From the NCBI GenBank assembly GCA_964016885.1, contig OZ024742.1:372310001-372374000 (forward strand): a DNA stretch of 64,000 nt. The letters are read 5' to 3'. Below, one piece after another: positions 50,601 through 64,000 of the stretch; within the stretch, counting starts at the first letter, position 1; each line of letters opens with the position of its first letter. The position numbers were made by a program, and so were the translations under genes. The notes beneath the pieces are model-generated. The model was not told the DNA's origin and did no database searches. It saw only the letters and a program-made list of their open reading frames with translations. The stretch is from Eledone cirrhosa. Its lineage: Eukaryota.

Positions 50601-53600
50601 ATATAAACTGTAAATCTCATTCTATATAAACTGTGAATCTCATTCTATAAACTGTAAATCTCTTTCTATATAAACTGTAAATCTCATTCTATATACACTG
50701 TAAATCTCATTCTATATAAACTGTAAATCTCATTCTATAAACTGTGAATCTCTTTCTATATAAACTGTAAATCTCGTTCTATATAAGCTGTAAATCTCAT
50801 TCTATAAACTGTAAACCTCTTTCTATATAAGCTGTAAATCTCATTCTATATAAACTGTAAATCTCATTCTATAAACTGTAAATCTCATTCTATGAACTGT
50901 AAATCTCTTTCTATATAAACTGTAAATCTCATTCTATATAAACTGTAAATCTCATTCTATAAACTGTAAATCTCTTTCTGTATAAACTGTAAATCTCATT
51001 CTACATAAACTGTAAATCTCTTTGTATATAAACTGTAAATTTCATTCTATAAACTGTAAATCTCTTTCTATATAAACTGTAAATCTCATCCTATATAAAC
51101 TGTGAATCTCTTTCTATATAAACTGTAAATCTCATTCTATAAACTGTAAATCTCTTTCTATATAAACTGTAAATCTCATTCTATATACACTGTAAATCTC
51201 TTTCTATATAAACTGTAAATCTCATTCTATACAAACTGTAAATCTCATTCTATAAACTGTAAATCTCTTTCCATATAAACTGTAAATCTCATTCTATATA
51301 AGCTGTAAATCTCATTCTATAAACTGTAAATCTCTTTCTATATAAACTGTAAATCTCATTCTATATAAACTGTATATATCATTCTATAAACTGTAAATCT
51401 CATTCTATAAACTGTAAATCTCTTTCTATACAAACTGTAAATATCATTCTATACAAACTGTAAATCTCATTCTATATTAACTGTAAATCTGATTCTATAA
51501 ACTGTAAATCTCTTTCTATATAAACTCTTAATCTCATTCTATATAAACTGTAAATCTCATTCTATAAACTGTAAATCTCATTCTATATAAGCTGTAAATC
51601 TCATTCTATAAACTGTAAAACTATTTCTATATAAACTGTAAATCTCATTCTATATAATCTGTATAAATCATTCTATAAACTGTAAATCTATTTCTATATA
51701 CAGTGTAAATCTCATTCTGTATAAACTGTAAATCTCATTCTATAAACTGTAAATCTCATTCTATATAAACTGTAAATCTCATTCTATAAACTGTAAATCT
51801 CTTTCTATATAAACTGTAAATCTCTTTCTATATAAACTGTAAATCTCATTCTATAAACTGTAAATCTCATTCTATATAAACTGTAAATCTCTTTCTATAT
51901 AAACTGTAAATCTCATTCTATATAAACTGTAAATCTCATTCTATCAACTGTAAATCCCTTTCTATATAAACTGTAAATCTCATTCTATATAAGCTGTAAA
52001 TCTCATTCTATAAACTGTAAATCTCTTTCTATATAAACTGTAAATCTCATTCTATATAAACTGTATATATCATTCTATAAACTGTAAATCTCAGTCTATA
52101 AACTGTAAATCTCTTTCTATATAAACTGTAAATCTCTTTCTATATGAACTGTAAATCTCTTTCTATATAAACTGTGAATCTCATTCTATATAAGCTGTAA
52201 ATCTCATTCTATGAACTGTAAATCTCTTTCTATATAAACTGTAAATCTCATTCTATATAAACTGTAAATCTCATTCTATAAACTGTAAATCTCTTTCTAT
52301 ATAAACTGTAAATCTCATTCTATATAAACTGTAAATCTCTTTCTATATAAACTGTAAATTTCATTCTATAACCTGTAAATCTCTTTCTATATAAACAGTA
52401 AATCTCATTCTATATAAACTGTAAATCTCTTTCTATATAAACTGTAAATCTCATTCTATATAAACTGTGAATCTCATTCTATAAACTGTAAATCTCTTTC
52501 TATATAAACTGTAAATCTCATTCTATATACACTGTAAATCTCTTTCTATATAAACGGTAAATCTCATTCTATATAAACTGTAAATCTCATTCTATAAACT
52601 GTGAATCCCTTTCTATATAAACTGTAAATCTCGTTCTATATAAGCTGTAAATCTCATTCTATAAACTGTAAATCTCTTTCTATATAAGCTGTAAATCTCA
52701 TTCTATATAAACTGTAAATCTCATTCTATAAACTGTAAATCTCATTCTATGAACTGTAAATCTCTTTCTATATAAACTGTAAATCTCATTCTATATAAAC
52801 TGTAAATCTCATTCTATAAACTGTAAATCTCATTCTATATAAACTGTAAATCTCTTTCTATATAAACTGTAAATCTCATTCTATATAAACTGTAAATCTC
52901 ATTCTATCAACTGTAAATCTCTTTCTATATAAACTGTAAATCTCATTCTATATAAGCTGTAAATCTCATTCTATAAACTGTAAATCTCTTTCTATATAAA
53001 CTGTAAATCTCATTCTATATAAACTGTATATATCATTCTATAAACTGTAAATCTCAGTCTATAATCTGTAAATCTCTTTCTATATAAACTGTAAATCTCT
53101 TTCTATATGAACTGTAAATCTGTTTCTATATAAACTGTAAATCTCATTCTATATAAGCTGTAAATCTCATTCTATGAACTGTAAATCTCTTTCTATATAA
53201 ACTGTAAATCTCATTCTATAAACTGTAAATCTCTTTCTATATAAACTGTAAATCTCTTTCTATATAAACTGTAAATTTCATTCTATAACCTGTAAATCTC
53301 TTTCTATATAAACTGTAAATCTCATTCTATATAAACTGTAAATCTCTTTCTATATAAACTGTAAATCTCATTCTATGTAAACTGTGAATCTCATTCTATA
53401 AACTGTAAATCTCTTTCTATATAAACTGTAAATCTCATTCTATATACACTGTAAATCTCTTTCTATATAAACGGTAAATCTCATTCTATATAAACTGTAA
53501 ATCTCATTCTATAAACTGTGAATCTCTTTCTATATAAACTGTAAATCTCGTTCTATATAAGCTGTAAATCTCATTCTATAAACTGTAAATCTCTTTCTAT

Positions 53601-56600
53601 ATAAGCTGTAAATCTCATTCTATATAAACTGTAAATCTCATTCTATAAACTGTAAATCTCATTCTATGAACTGTAAATCTCTTTCTATATAAACTGTAAA
53701 TCTCATTCTATATAAACTGTAAATCTCATTCTATAAACTGTAAATCTCTTTCTGTATAAACTGTAAATCTCATTCTACATAAACTGTAAATCTCTTTCTA
53801 TATAAACTGTAAATTTCATTCTATAAACTGTAAATCTCTTTCTATATAAACTGTAAATCTCATCCTATATAAACTGTGAATCTCTTTCTATATAAACTGT
53901 AAATCTCATTCTATATAAACTGTGAATCTCATTCTATAAACTGTAAATATCTTTCTATATAAACTGTAAATCTCATTCTATATACACTGTAAATCTCTTT
54001 CTATATAAACTGTAAATCTCATTCTATATAAACTGTAAATCTCATTCTATAAACTGTAAATCTCTTTCCATATAAACTGTAAATCTCATTCTATATAAGC
54101 TGTAAATCTCATTCTATAAACTGTAAATCTCTTTCTATATAAACTGTAAATCTCATTCTATATAAACTGTGAATCTCATTCTATAAACTGTAAATCTCTT
54201 TCTATATAAACTGTAAATCTCATTCTATATACACTGTAAATCCCATTCTATATAAACTGTAAATCTCATTCTATAAACTGTGAATCTCTTTCTATATAAA
54301 CTGTAAATCTCGTTCTATATAAGCTGTAAATCTCATTCTATAAACTGTAAATCTCTTTCTATATAAGCTGTAAATCTCATTCTATATAAACTGTAAATCT
54401 CATTCTATAAACTGTAAATCTCATTCTATGAACTGTAAATCTCTTTCTATATAAACTGTAAATCTCATTCTATATAAACTGTAAATCTCATTCTATAAAC
54501 TGTAAATCTCTTTCTGTATAAACTGTAAATCTCATTCTACATAAACTGTAAATCTCTTTGTATATAAACTGTAAATTTCATTCTATAAACTGTAAATCTC
54601 TTTCTATATAAACTGTAAATCTCATCCTATATAAACTGTGAATCTCTTTCTATATAAACTGTAAATCTCATTCTATAAACTGTAAATCTCTTTCTATATA
54701 AACTGTAAATCTCATTCTATATACACTGTAAATCTCTTTCTATATAAACTGTAAATCTCATTCTATACAAACTGTAAATCTCATTCTATAAACTGTAAAT
54801 CTCTTTCCATATAAACTGTAAATCTCATTCTATATAAGCTGTAAATCTCATTCTATAAACTGTAAATCTCTTTCTATATAAACTGTAAATCTCATTCTAT
54901 ATAAACTGTATATATCATTCTATAAACTGTAAATCTCATTCTATAAACTGTAAATCTCTTTCTATACAAACTGTAAATCTCATTCTATATAAACTGTAAA
55001 TCTCATTCTATATTAACTGTAAATCTGATTCTATAAACTGTAAATCTCTTTCTATATAAACTCTTAATCTCATTCTATATAAACTGTAAATCCCATTCTA
55101 TAAACTGTAAATCTCATTCTATATAAGCTGTAAATCTCATTCTATAAACTGTAAAACTATTTCTATATAAACTGTAAATCTCATTCTATATAATCTGTAT
55201 ATATCATTCTATAAACTGTAAATCTATTTCTATATACAGTGTAAATCTCATTCTGTATAAACTGTAAATCTCATTCTATAAACTGTAAATCTCATTCTAT
55301 ATAAACTGTAAATCTCATTCTATAAACTGTAAATCTCTTTCTATATAAACTGTAAATCTCTTTCTATATAAACTGTAAATCTCATTCTATAAACTGTAAA
55401 TCTCATTCTATATAAACTGTAAATCTCTTTCTATATAAACTGTAAATCTCATTCTATATAAACTGTAAATCTCATTCTATCAACTGTAAATCCCTTTCTA
55501 TATAAACTGTAAATCTCATTCTATATAAGCTGTAAATCTCATTCTATAAACTGTAAATCTCTTTCTATATAAACTGTAAATCTCATTCTATATAAACTGT
55601 ATATATCATTCTAAAAACTGTAAATCTCAGTCTATAAACTGTAAATCTCTTTCTATATAAACTGTAAATCTCTTTCTATATGAACTGTAAATCTCTGTCT
55701 ATATAAACTGTGAATCTCATTCTATATAAGCTGTAAATCTCATTTTATGAACTGTAAATCTCATTCTATATAAACTGTAAATCTCTTTCTATATAAACTG
55801 TAAATCTCATTCTATATAAACTGTAAATCTCATTCTATCAACTGTAAATCTCTTTCTATATAAACTGTAAATCTCATTCTATATAAGCTGTAAATCTCAT
55901 TCTATAAACTGTAAATCTCTTTCTATATAAACTGTAAATCTCATTCTATATAAACTGTATATATCATTCTATAAACTGTAAATCTCAGTCTATAATCTGT
56001 AAATCTCTTTCTATATAAACTGTAAATCTCTTTCTATATGAACTGTAAATCTGTTTCTATATAAACTGTAAATCTCATTCTATATAAGCTGTAAATCTCA
56101 TTCTATGAACTGTAAATCTCTTTCTATATAAACTGTAAATCTCATTCTATAAACTGTAAATCTCTTTCTATATAAACTGTAAATCTCTTTCTATATAAAC
56201 TGTAAATTTCATTCTATAACCTGTAAATCTCTTTCTATATAAACTGTAAATCTCATTCTATATAAACTGTAAATCTCTTTCTATATAAACTGTAAATCTC
56301 ATTCTATGTAAACTGTGAATCTCATTCTATAAACTGTAAATCTCTTTCTATATAAACTGTAAATCTCATTCTATATACACTGTAAATCTCTTTCTATATA
56401 AACGGTAAATCTCATTCTATATAAACTGTAAATCTCATTCTATAAACTGTGAATCTCTTTCTATATAAACTGTAAATCTCGTTCTATATAAGCTGTAAAT
56501 CTCATTCTATAAACTGTAAATCTCTTTCTATATAAGCTGTAAATCTCATTCTATATAAACTGTAAATCTCATTCTATAAACTGTAAATCTCATTCTATGA

Positions 56601-59600
56601 ACTGTAAATCTCTTTCTATATAAACTGTAAATCTCATTCTATATAAACTGTAAATCTCATTCTATAAACTGTAAATCTCTTTCTGTATAAACTGTAAATC
56701 TCATTCTACATAAACTGTAAATCTCTTTCTATATAAACTGTAAATTTCATTCTATAAACTGTAAATCTCTTTCTATATAAACTGTAAATCTCATCCTATA
56801 TAAACTGTGAATCTCTTTCTATATAAACTGTAAATCTCATTCTATATAAACTGTGAATCTCATTCTATAAACTGTAAATATCTTTCTATATAAACTGTAA
56901 ATCTCATTCTATATACACTGTAAATCTCTTTCTATATAAACTGTAAATCTCATTCTATATAAACTGTAAATCTCATTCTATAAACTGTAAATCTCTTTCC
57001 ATATAAACTGTAAATCTCATTCTATATAAGCTGTAAATCTCATTCTATAAACTGTAAATCTCTTTCTATATAAACTGTAAATCTCATTCTATATAAACTG
57101 TGAATCTCATTCTATAAACTGTAAATCTCTTTCTATATAAACTGTAAATCTCATTCTATATACACTGTAAATCCCATTCTATATAAACTGTAAATCTCAT
57201 TCTATAAACTGTGAATCTCTTTCTATATAAACTGTAAATCTCGTTCTATATAAGCTGTAAATCTCATTCTATAAACTGTAAATCTCTTTCTATATAAGCT
57301 GTAAATCTCATTCTATATAAACTGTAAATCTCATTCTATAAACTGTAAATCTCATTCTATGAACTGTAAATCTCTTTCTATATAAACTGTAAATCTCATT
57401 CTATATAAACTGTAAACCTCATTCTATAAACTGTAAATCTCTTTCTGTATAAACTGTAAATCTCATTCTACATAAACTGTAAATCTCTTTGTATATAAAC
57501 TGTAAATTTCATTCTATAAACTGTAAATCTCTTTCTATATAAACTGTAAATCTCATCCTATATAAACTGTGAATCTCTTTCTATATAAACTGTAAATCTC
57601 ATTCTATAAACTGTAAATCTCTTTCTATATAAACTGTAAATCTCATTCTATATACACTGTAAATCTCTTTCTATATAAACTGTAAATCTCATTCTATACA
57701 AACTGTAAATCTCATTCTATAAACTGTAAATCTCTTTCCATATAAACTGTAAATCTCATTCTATATAAGCTGTAAATCTCATTCTATAAACTGTAAATCT
57801 CTTTCTATATAAACCGTAAATCTCATTCTATATAAACTGTATATATCATTCTATAAACTGTAAATCTCATTCTATAAACTGTAAATCTCTTTCTATACAA
57901 ACTGTAAATCTCATTCTATATAAACTGTAAATCTCATTCTATATTAACTGTAAATCTGATTCTATAAACTGTAAATCTCTTTCTATATAAACTCTTAATC
58001 TCATTCTATATAAACTGTAAATCCCATTCTATAAACTGTAAATCTCATTCTATATAAGCTGTAAATCTCATTCTATAAACTGTAAAACTATTTCTATATA
58101 AACTGTAAATCTCATTCTATATAATCTGTATATATCATTCTATAAACTGTAAATCTATTTCTATATACAGTGTAAATCTCATTCTGTATAAACTGTAAAT
58201 CTCATTCTATAAACTGTAAATCTCATTCTATATAAACTGTAAATCTCATTCTATAAACTGTAAATCTCTTTCTATATAAACTGTAAATCTCTTTCTATAT
58301 AAACTGTAAATCTCATTCTATAAACTGTAAATCTCATTCTATATAAACTGTAAATCTCTTTCTATATAAACTGTAAATCTCATTCTATATAAACTGTAAA
58401 TCTCATTCTATCAACTGTAAATCCCTTTCTATATAAACTGTAAATCTCATTCTATATAAGCTGTAAATCTCATTCTATAAACTGTAAATCTCTTTCTATA
58501 TAAACTGTAAATCTCATTCTATATAAACTGTATATATCATTCTAAAAACTGTAAATCTCAGTCTATAAACTGTAAATCTCTTTCTATATAAACTGTAAAT
58601 CTCTTTCTATATGAACTGTAAATCTCTGTCTATATAAACTGTGAATCTCATTCTATATAAGCTGTAAATCTCATTTTATGAACTGTAAATCTCTTTCTAT
58701 ATAAACTGTAAATTTCATTCTATATAAACTGTAAATCTCTTTCTATATAAACTGTAAATTTCATTCTATAACCTGTAAATCTCTTTCTATATAAACTGTA
58801 AATCTCATTCTATATAAACTGTAAATCTCTTTCTATATAAACTGTAAATCTCATTCTATATAAACTGTGAATCTCATTCTATAAACTGTAAATCTCTTTC
58901 TATATAAACTGTAAATCTCATTCTATATACACTGTAAATCTCTTTCTATATAAACGGTAAATCTCATTCTATATAAACTGTAAATCTCATTCTATAAACT
59001 GTGAATCTCTTTCTATATAAACTGTAAATCTCGTTCTATATAAGCTGTAAATCTCATTCTATAAACTGTAAAACTCTTTCTATATAAGCTGTAAATCTCA
59101 TTCTATATAAACTGTAAATCTCATTCTATATAAACTGTAAATCTCATTCTATAAACTGTAAATCTCTTTCTGTATAAACTGTAAATCTCATTCTACATAA
59201 ACTGTAAATCTCTTTCTATATAAACTGTAAATTTCATTCTATAAACTGTAAATCTCTTTCTATATAAACTGTAAATCTCATCCTATATAAACTGTGAATC
59301 TCTTTCTATATAAACTGTAAATCTCATTCTATATAAACTGTGAATCTCATTCTATAAACTGTAAATCTCTTTCTATATAAACTGTAAATCTCATTCTATA
59401 TACACTGTAAATCTCTTTCTATATAAACTGTAAATCTCATTCTATATACACTGTAAATCTCTTTCTATATAAACTGTAAATCTCATTCTATATAAACTGT
59501 ATATATCATTCTATAAACTGTAAATCTCATTCTATAAACTGTAAATCTCTTTCTATACAAACTGTAAATCTCATTCTATATAAACTGTAAATCTCATTCT

Positions 59601-62600
59601 ATATTAACTGTAAATCTGATTCTATAAACTGTAAATCTCTTTCTATATAAACTCTTAATCTCATTCTATATAAACTGTAAATCTCATTCTATAAACTGTA
59701 AATCTCATTCTATATAAGCTGTAAATCTCATTCTATAAACTGTAAAACTATTTCTATATAAACTGTAAATCTCATTCTATATAATCTGTATATATCATTC
59801 TATAAACTGTAAATCTCATTCTATAAACTGTAAATCTCTTTCTATATAAACTGTAAATCTCATTCTATATAAACTGTAAATATCTTTCTATATGAACTGT
59901 AAGTCTCATTCTATATAAACTGTAAATCTATTTCTATATAAACTGTAAGTCTCATTCTATATAAACTGTAAATCTCATTCTATATAAACTGTAAATCTCA
60001 TTCTATATAAACTGTAAATCTCATTCTATATAAACTGTAAATCTCTTTCTATATAAACTGTAAATCTCATTCTATATAAACTGTAAATCTCATTCTATAT
60101 AAACTGTAATTCTCATTCTATATTAACTGTAAATCTCATTCTATAAACTGTAAATCTCTTTCTATATAAGCTGTAAATCTCATTCTATATAAACTGTAAA
60201 TCTCATTCTATAAACTGTAAATCTCATTCTATATAAACTGTAAATCTCATTCTATAAACTGTAAATCTCTTTCTATATAAACTGTAAATCTCATTCTATA
60301 TAAACTGTAAATCTCATTCTATAAAATGTAAATCTCTTTCCATATAAACTGTAAATCTCATTCTATATAAGCTGTAAATCTCATTCTATAAACTGTAAAT
60401 CTCTTTCCATATAAACTGTAAATCTCATTCTATATAAACTGTATATATCATTCTTTAAACTGTAAATCTCTTTCTATATAAACTGTAAATCTCATTCTAT
60501 ATAATCTGTATATATCATTCTATAAACTGTAAATCTCATTCTATAAACCGTAAATCTCTTTCTATATAAACTGTAAATCTCATTCTATATAAACTGTAAA
60601 TCTCTTTCTATATAAACTGTAAATCTCATTCTATATAAACTGTATATATCATTCTATAAACTGTAAATCTCATTGTATAAACTGTAAATCTCTTTCTATA
60701 TAAACTGTAAATCTCATTCTATATAAACTGTAAATATCTTTCTATATGAACTGTAAGTCTCATTCTATATAAACTGTAAATCTATTTCTATATAAACTGT
60801 AAGTCCCATTCTATATAAACTGTAAATCTCATTCTATATAAACTGTAAATCTCATTCTATATAAACTGTAAATCTCATTCTATATAAACTGTAAATCTCT
60901 TTCTATATAAACTGTAAATCTCATTCTATATAAACTGTAAATCTCATTCTATATAAACTGTAATTCTCATTCTATATTAAGTGTAAATTTCATTCTATAA
61001 ACTGAAAATCTCTTTCTATATAAACTTTAAATCTCATTCTATATAAACTGTAAATCTCATTCTATAAACTGTAAATCTCTTTCTATATAAACTGTAAATC
61101 TCATTCTATATAAGCTGTAAATCTCATTCTATAAACTGTAAATCTCTTTCTATATAAACTGTAAATCTCATTCTATATAAACTCTATATATCATTCTATA
61201 AGCTGTAACTCTCAGTCTATAAACTGTAAATCTCTTTCTATATAAACTGTAAATCTCTTTCTATATGAACTGTAAATCTCTTTCTATATAAACTGTGAAT
61301 CTCATTCTATATAAGCTGTAAATCTCATTCTATGAACTGTAAATCTCTTTCTATATAAACTGTAAATCTCATTCTATATAAACTGTAAATCTCATTCTAT
61401 AAACTGTAAATCTCTTTCCATATAAACTGTAAATCTCATTCTATATAAACTGTAAATCTCTTTCTATATAAACTGTAAATCTCATTCTATATATACTGTA
61501 AATCTCTTTCTATATAAACTGTAAGTCTCATTCTATATAAACTGTGAATCTCATTCTATAAACTGTAAATCTCTTTCTATATAAACTGTAAATATCATTC
61601 TATATACACTGTAAATCTCTTTCTATATAAACTGTAAATCTCATTCTATATAAACTGTAAATCACATTCTATAAACTGTAAATCTCTTTCTATATAAACT
61701 GTAAATCTCGTTCTATATAAGCTGTAAATCTCATTCTATAAACTGTAAATCTCTTTCTACATAAACTGTAAATCTCATTCTATAAACTGTAAAACTATTT
61801 CTATATAAACTGTAAATCTCATTCTATATAATCTGTATATATCATTCTATAAACTGTAAATCTCATTCTATAAACTGTAAATCTCTTTCTATATAAACTG
61901 TAAATCTCTTTCTATATAAACTGTAAATCTCTTTCTATATAAACTGTAAATCTCATTCTATATAAATTGTATATATCATTCTATAAACTGTAAATCTCAT
62001 TCTATAAACTGTAAATCTCTTTCTATATAAACTGTAAATCTCATTCTATATAAACTGTAAATATCTTTCTATATGAACTGTAAGTCTCATTCTATATAAA
62101 CTGTAAATCTATTTCTATATAAACTGTAAGTCTCATTCTATATAAACTGTAAATCTCATTCTATATAAACTGTAAATCTCATTCTATATAAACTGTAAAT
62201 CTCATTCTATATAAACTGTAAATCTCTTTCTATATAAACTGTAAATCTCATTCTATATAAACTGTAAATCTCATTCTATATAAACTGTAATTCTCATTCT
62301 ATATTAACTGTAAATCTCATTCTATAAACTGTAAATCTCTTTCTATATAAGCTGTAAATCTCATTCTATATAAACTGTAAATCTCATTCTATAAACTGTA
62401 AATCTCATTCTATATAAACTGTAAATCTCATTCTATAAACTGTAAATCTCTTTCTATATAAACTGTAAATCTCATTCTATATAAACTGTAAATCTCATTC
62501 TATAAAATGTAAATCTCTTTCCATATAAACTGTAAATCTCATTCTATATAAGCTGTAAATCTCATTCTATAAACTGTAAATCTCTTTCCATATAAACTGT

Positions 62601-64000
62601 AAATCTCATTCTATATAAACTGTATATATCATTCTTTAAACTGTAAATCTCTTTCTATATAAACTGTAAATCTCATTCTATATAATCTGTATATATCATT
62701 CTATAAACTGTAAATCTCATTCTATAAACCGTAAATATCTTTCTATATAAACTGTAAATCTCATTCTATATAAACTGTAAATCTCTTTCTATATAAACTG
62801 TAAATCTCATTCTATATAAACTGTATATATCATTCTATAAACTGTAAATCTCATTGTATAAACTGTAAATCTCTTTCTATATAAACTGTAAATCTCATTC
62901 TATATAAACTGTAAATATCTTTCTATATGAACTGTAAGTCTCATTCTATATAAACTGTAAATCTATTTCTATATAAACTGTAAGTCCCATTCTATATAAA
63001 CTGTAAATCTCATTCTATATAAACTGTAAATCTCATTCTATATAAACTGTAAATCTCATTCTATATAAACTGTAAATCACATTCTATAAACTGTAAATCT
63101 CTTTCTATATAAACTGTAAATCTCGTTCTATATAAGCTGTAAATCTCATTCTATAAACTGTAAATCTCATTCTATATAAGCTGTAAATCTCATTCTATAA
63201 ACTGTAAAACTATTTCTATATAAACTGTAAATCTCATTCTATATAATCTGTATATATCATTCTATAAACTGTAAATCTCATTCTATAAACTGTAAATCTC
63301 TTTCTATATAAACTGTAAATCTCTTTCTATATAAACTGTAAATCTCTTTCTATATAAACTGTAAATCTCATTCTATATAAATTGTATATATCATTCTATA
63401 AACTGTAAATCTCATTCTATAAACTGTAAATCTCTTTCTATATAAACTGTAAATCTCATTCTATATAAACTGTAAATATCTTTCTATATGAACTGTAAGT
63501 CTCATTCTATATAAACTGTAAATCTATTTCTATATAAACTGTAAGTCTCATTCTATATAAACTGTAAATCTCATTCTATATAAACTGTAAATCTCATTCT
63601 ATATAAACTGTAAATCTCATTCTATATAAACTGTAAATCTCTTTCTATATAAACTGTAAATCTCATTCTATATAAACTGTAAATCTCATTCTATATAAAC
63701 TGTAATTCTCATTCTATATTAACTGTAAATCTCATTCTATAAACTGTAAATCTCTTTCTATATAAGCTGTAAATCTCATTCTATATAAACTGTAAATCTC
63801 ATTCTATAAACTGTATATCTCATTCTATATAAACTGTAAATCTCATTCTATAAACTGTAAATCTCTTTCTATATAAACTGTAAATCTCATTCTATATAAA
63901 CTGTAAATCTCATTCTATAAAATGTAAATCTCTTTCCATATAAACTGTAAATCTCATTCTATATAAGCTGTAAATCTCATTCTATAAACTGTAAATCTCT
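47644..64000. repeat. 20/22-bp satellite array of more than 16 kb with higher-order duplications, running off the window
   Basis: AAACTGTAAATCTC(A/T)TTCTAT(AT) units throughout. Confidence 0.98.

Overview
Eukaryotic, AT-rich, repeat-dense genomic DNA. The repeat families resemble those of octopus/cephalopods, but the taxon is an inference. The only host gene is six internal + strand exons (2340-22804) of a family A DNA polymerase most like POLN (Pol nu). They splice GT-AG with consistent phases, and the next exon was not found, so the rest of the window is probably one intron of more than 41 kb. The introns hold an intact full-length RTE LINE (1039 aa APE-RT with an internal PHD-like finger), decayed RTE, CR1 and CRE-like fragments, two tRNA-derived SINE families, TTAA MITEs, and large satellites (a 42-bp array with an internal inversion and a 20/22-bp array of more than 16 kb). 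The most notable unannotated signal is two unrelated, (TA)n-embedded inverted-repeat elements (38989-39992 and 41480-41711). Each carries a head-to-head pair of minimal type I hammerhead ribozyme motifs. The larger one is built from a circularly permuted ~480-bp monomer with an octamer motif, which suggests a Penelope-associated retrozyme system. All calls were made by eye; no searches were run.
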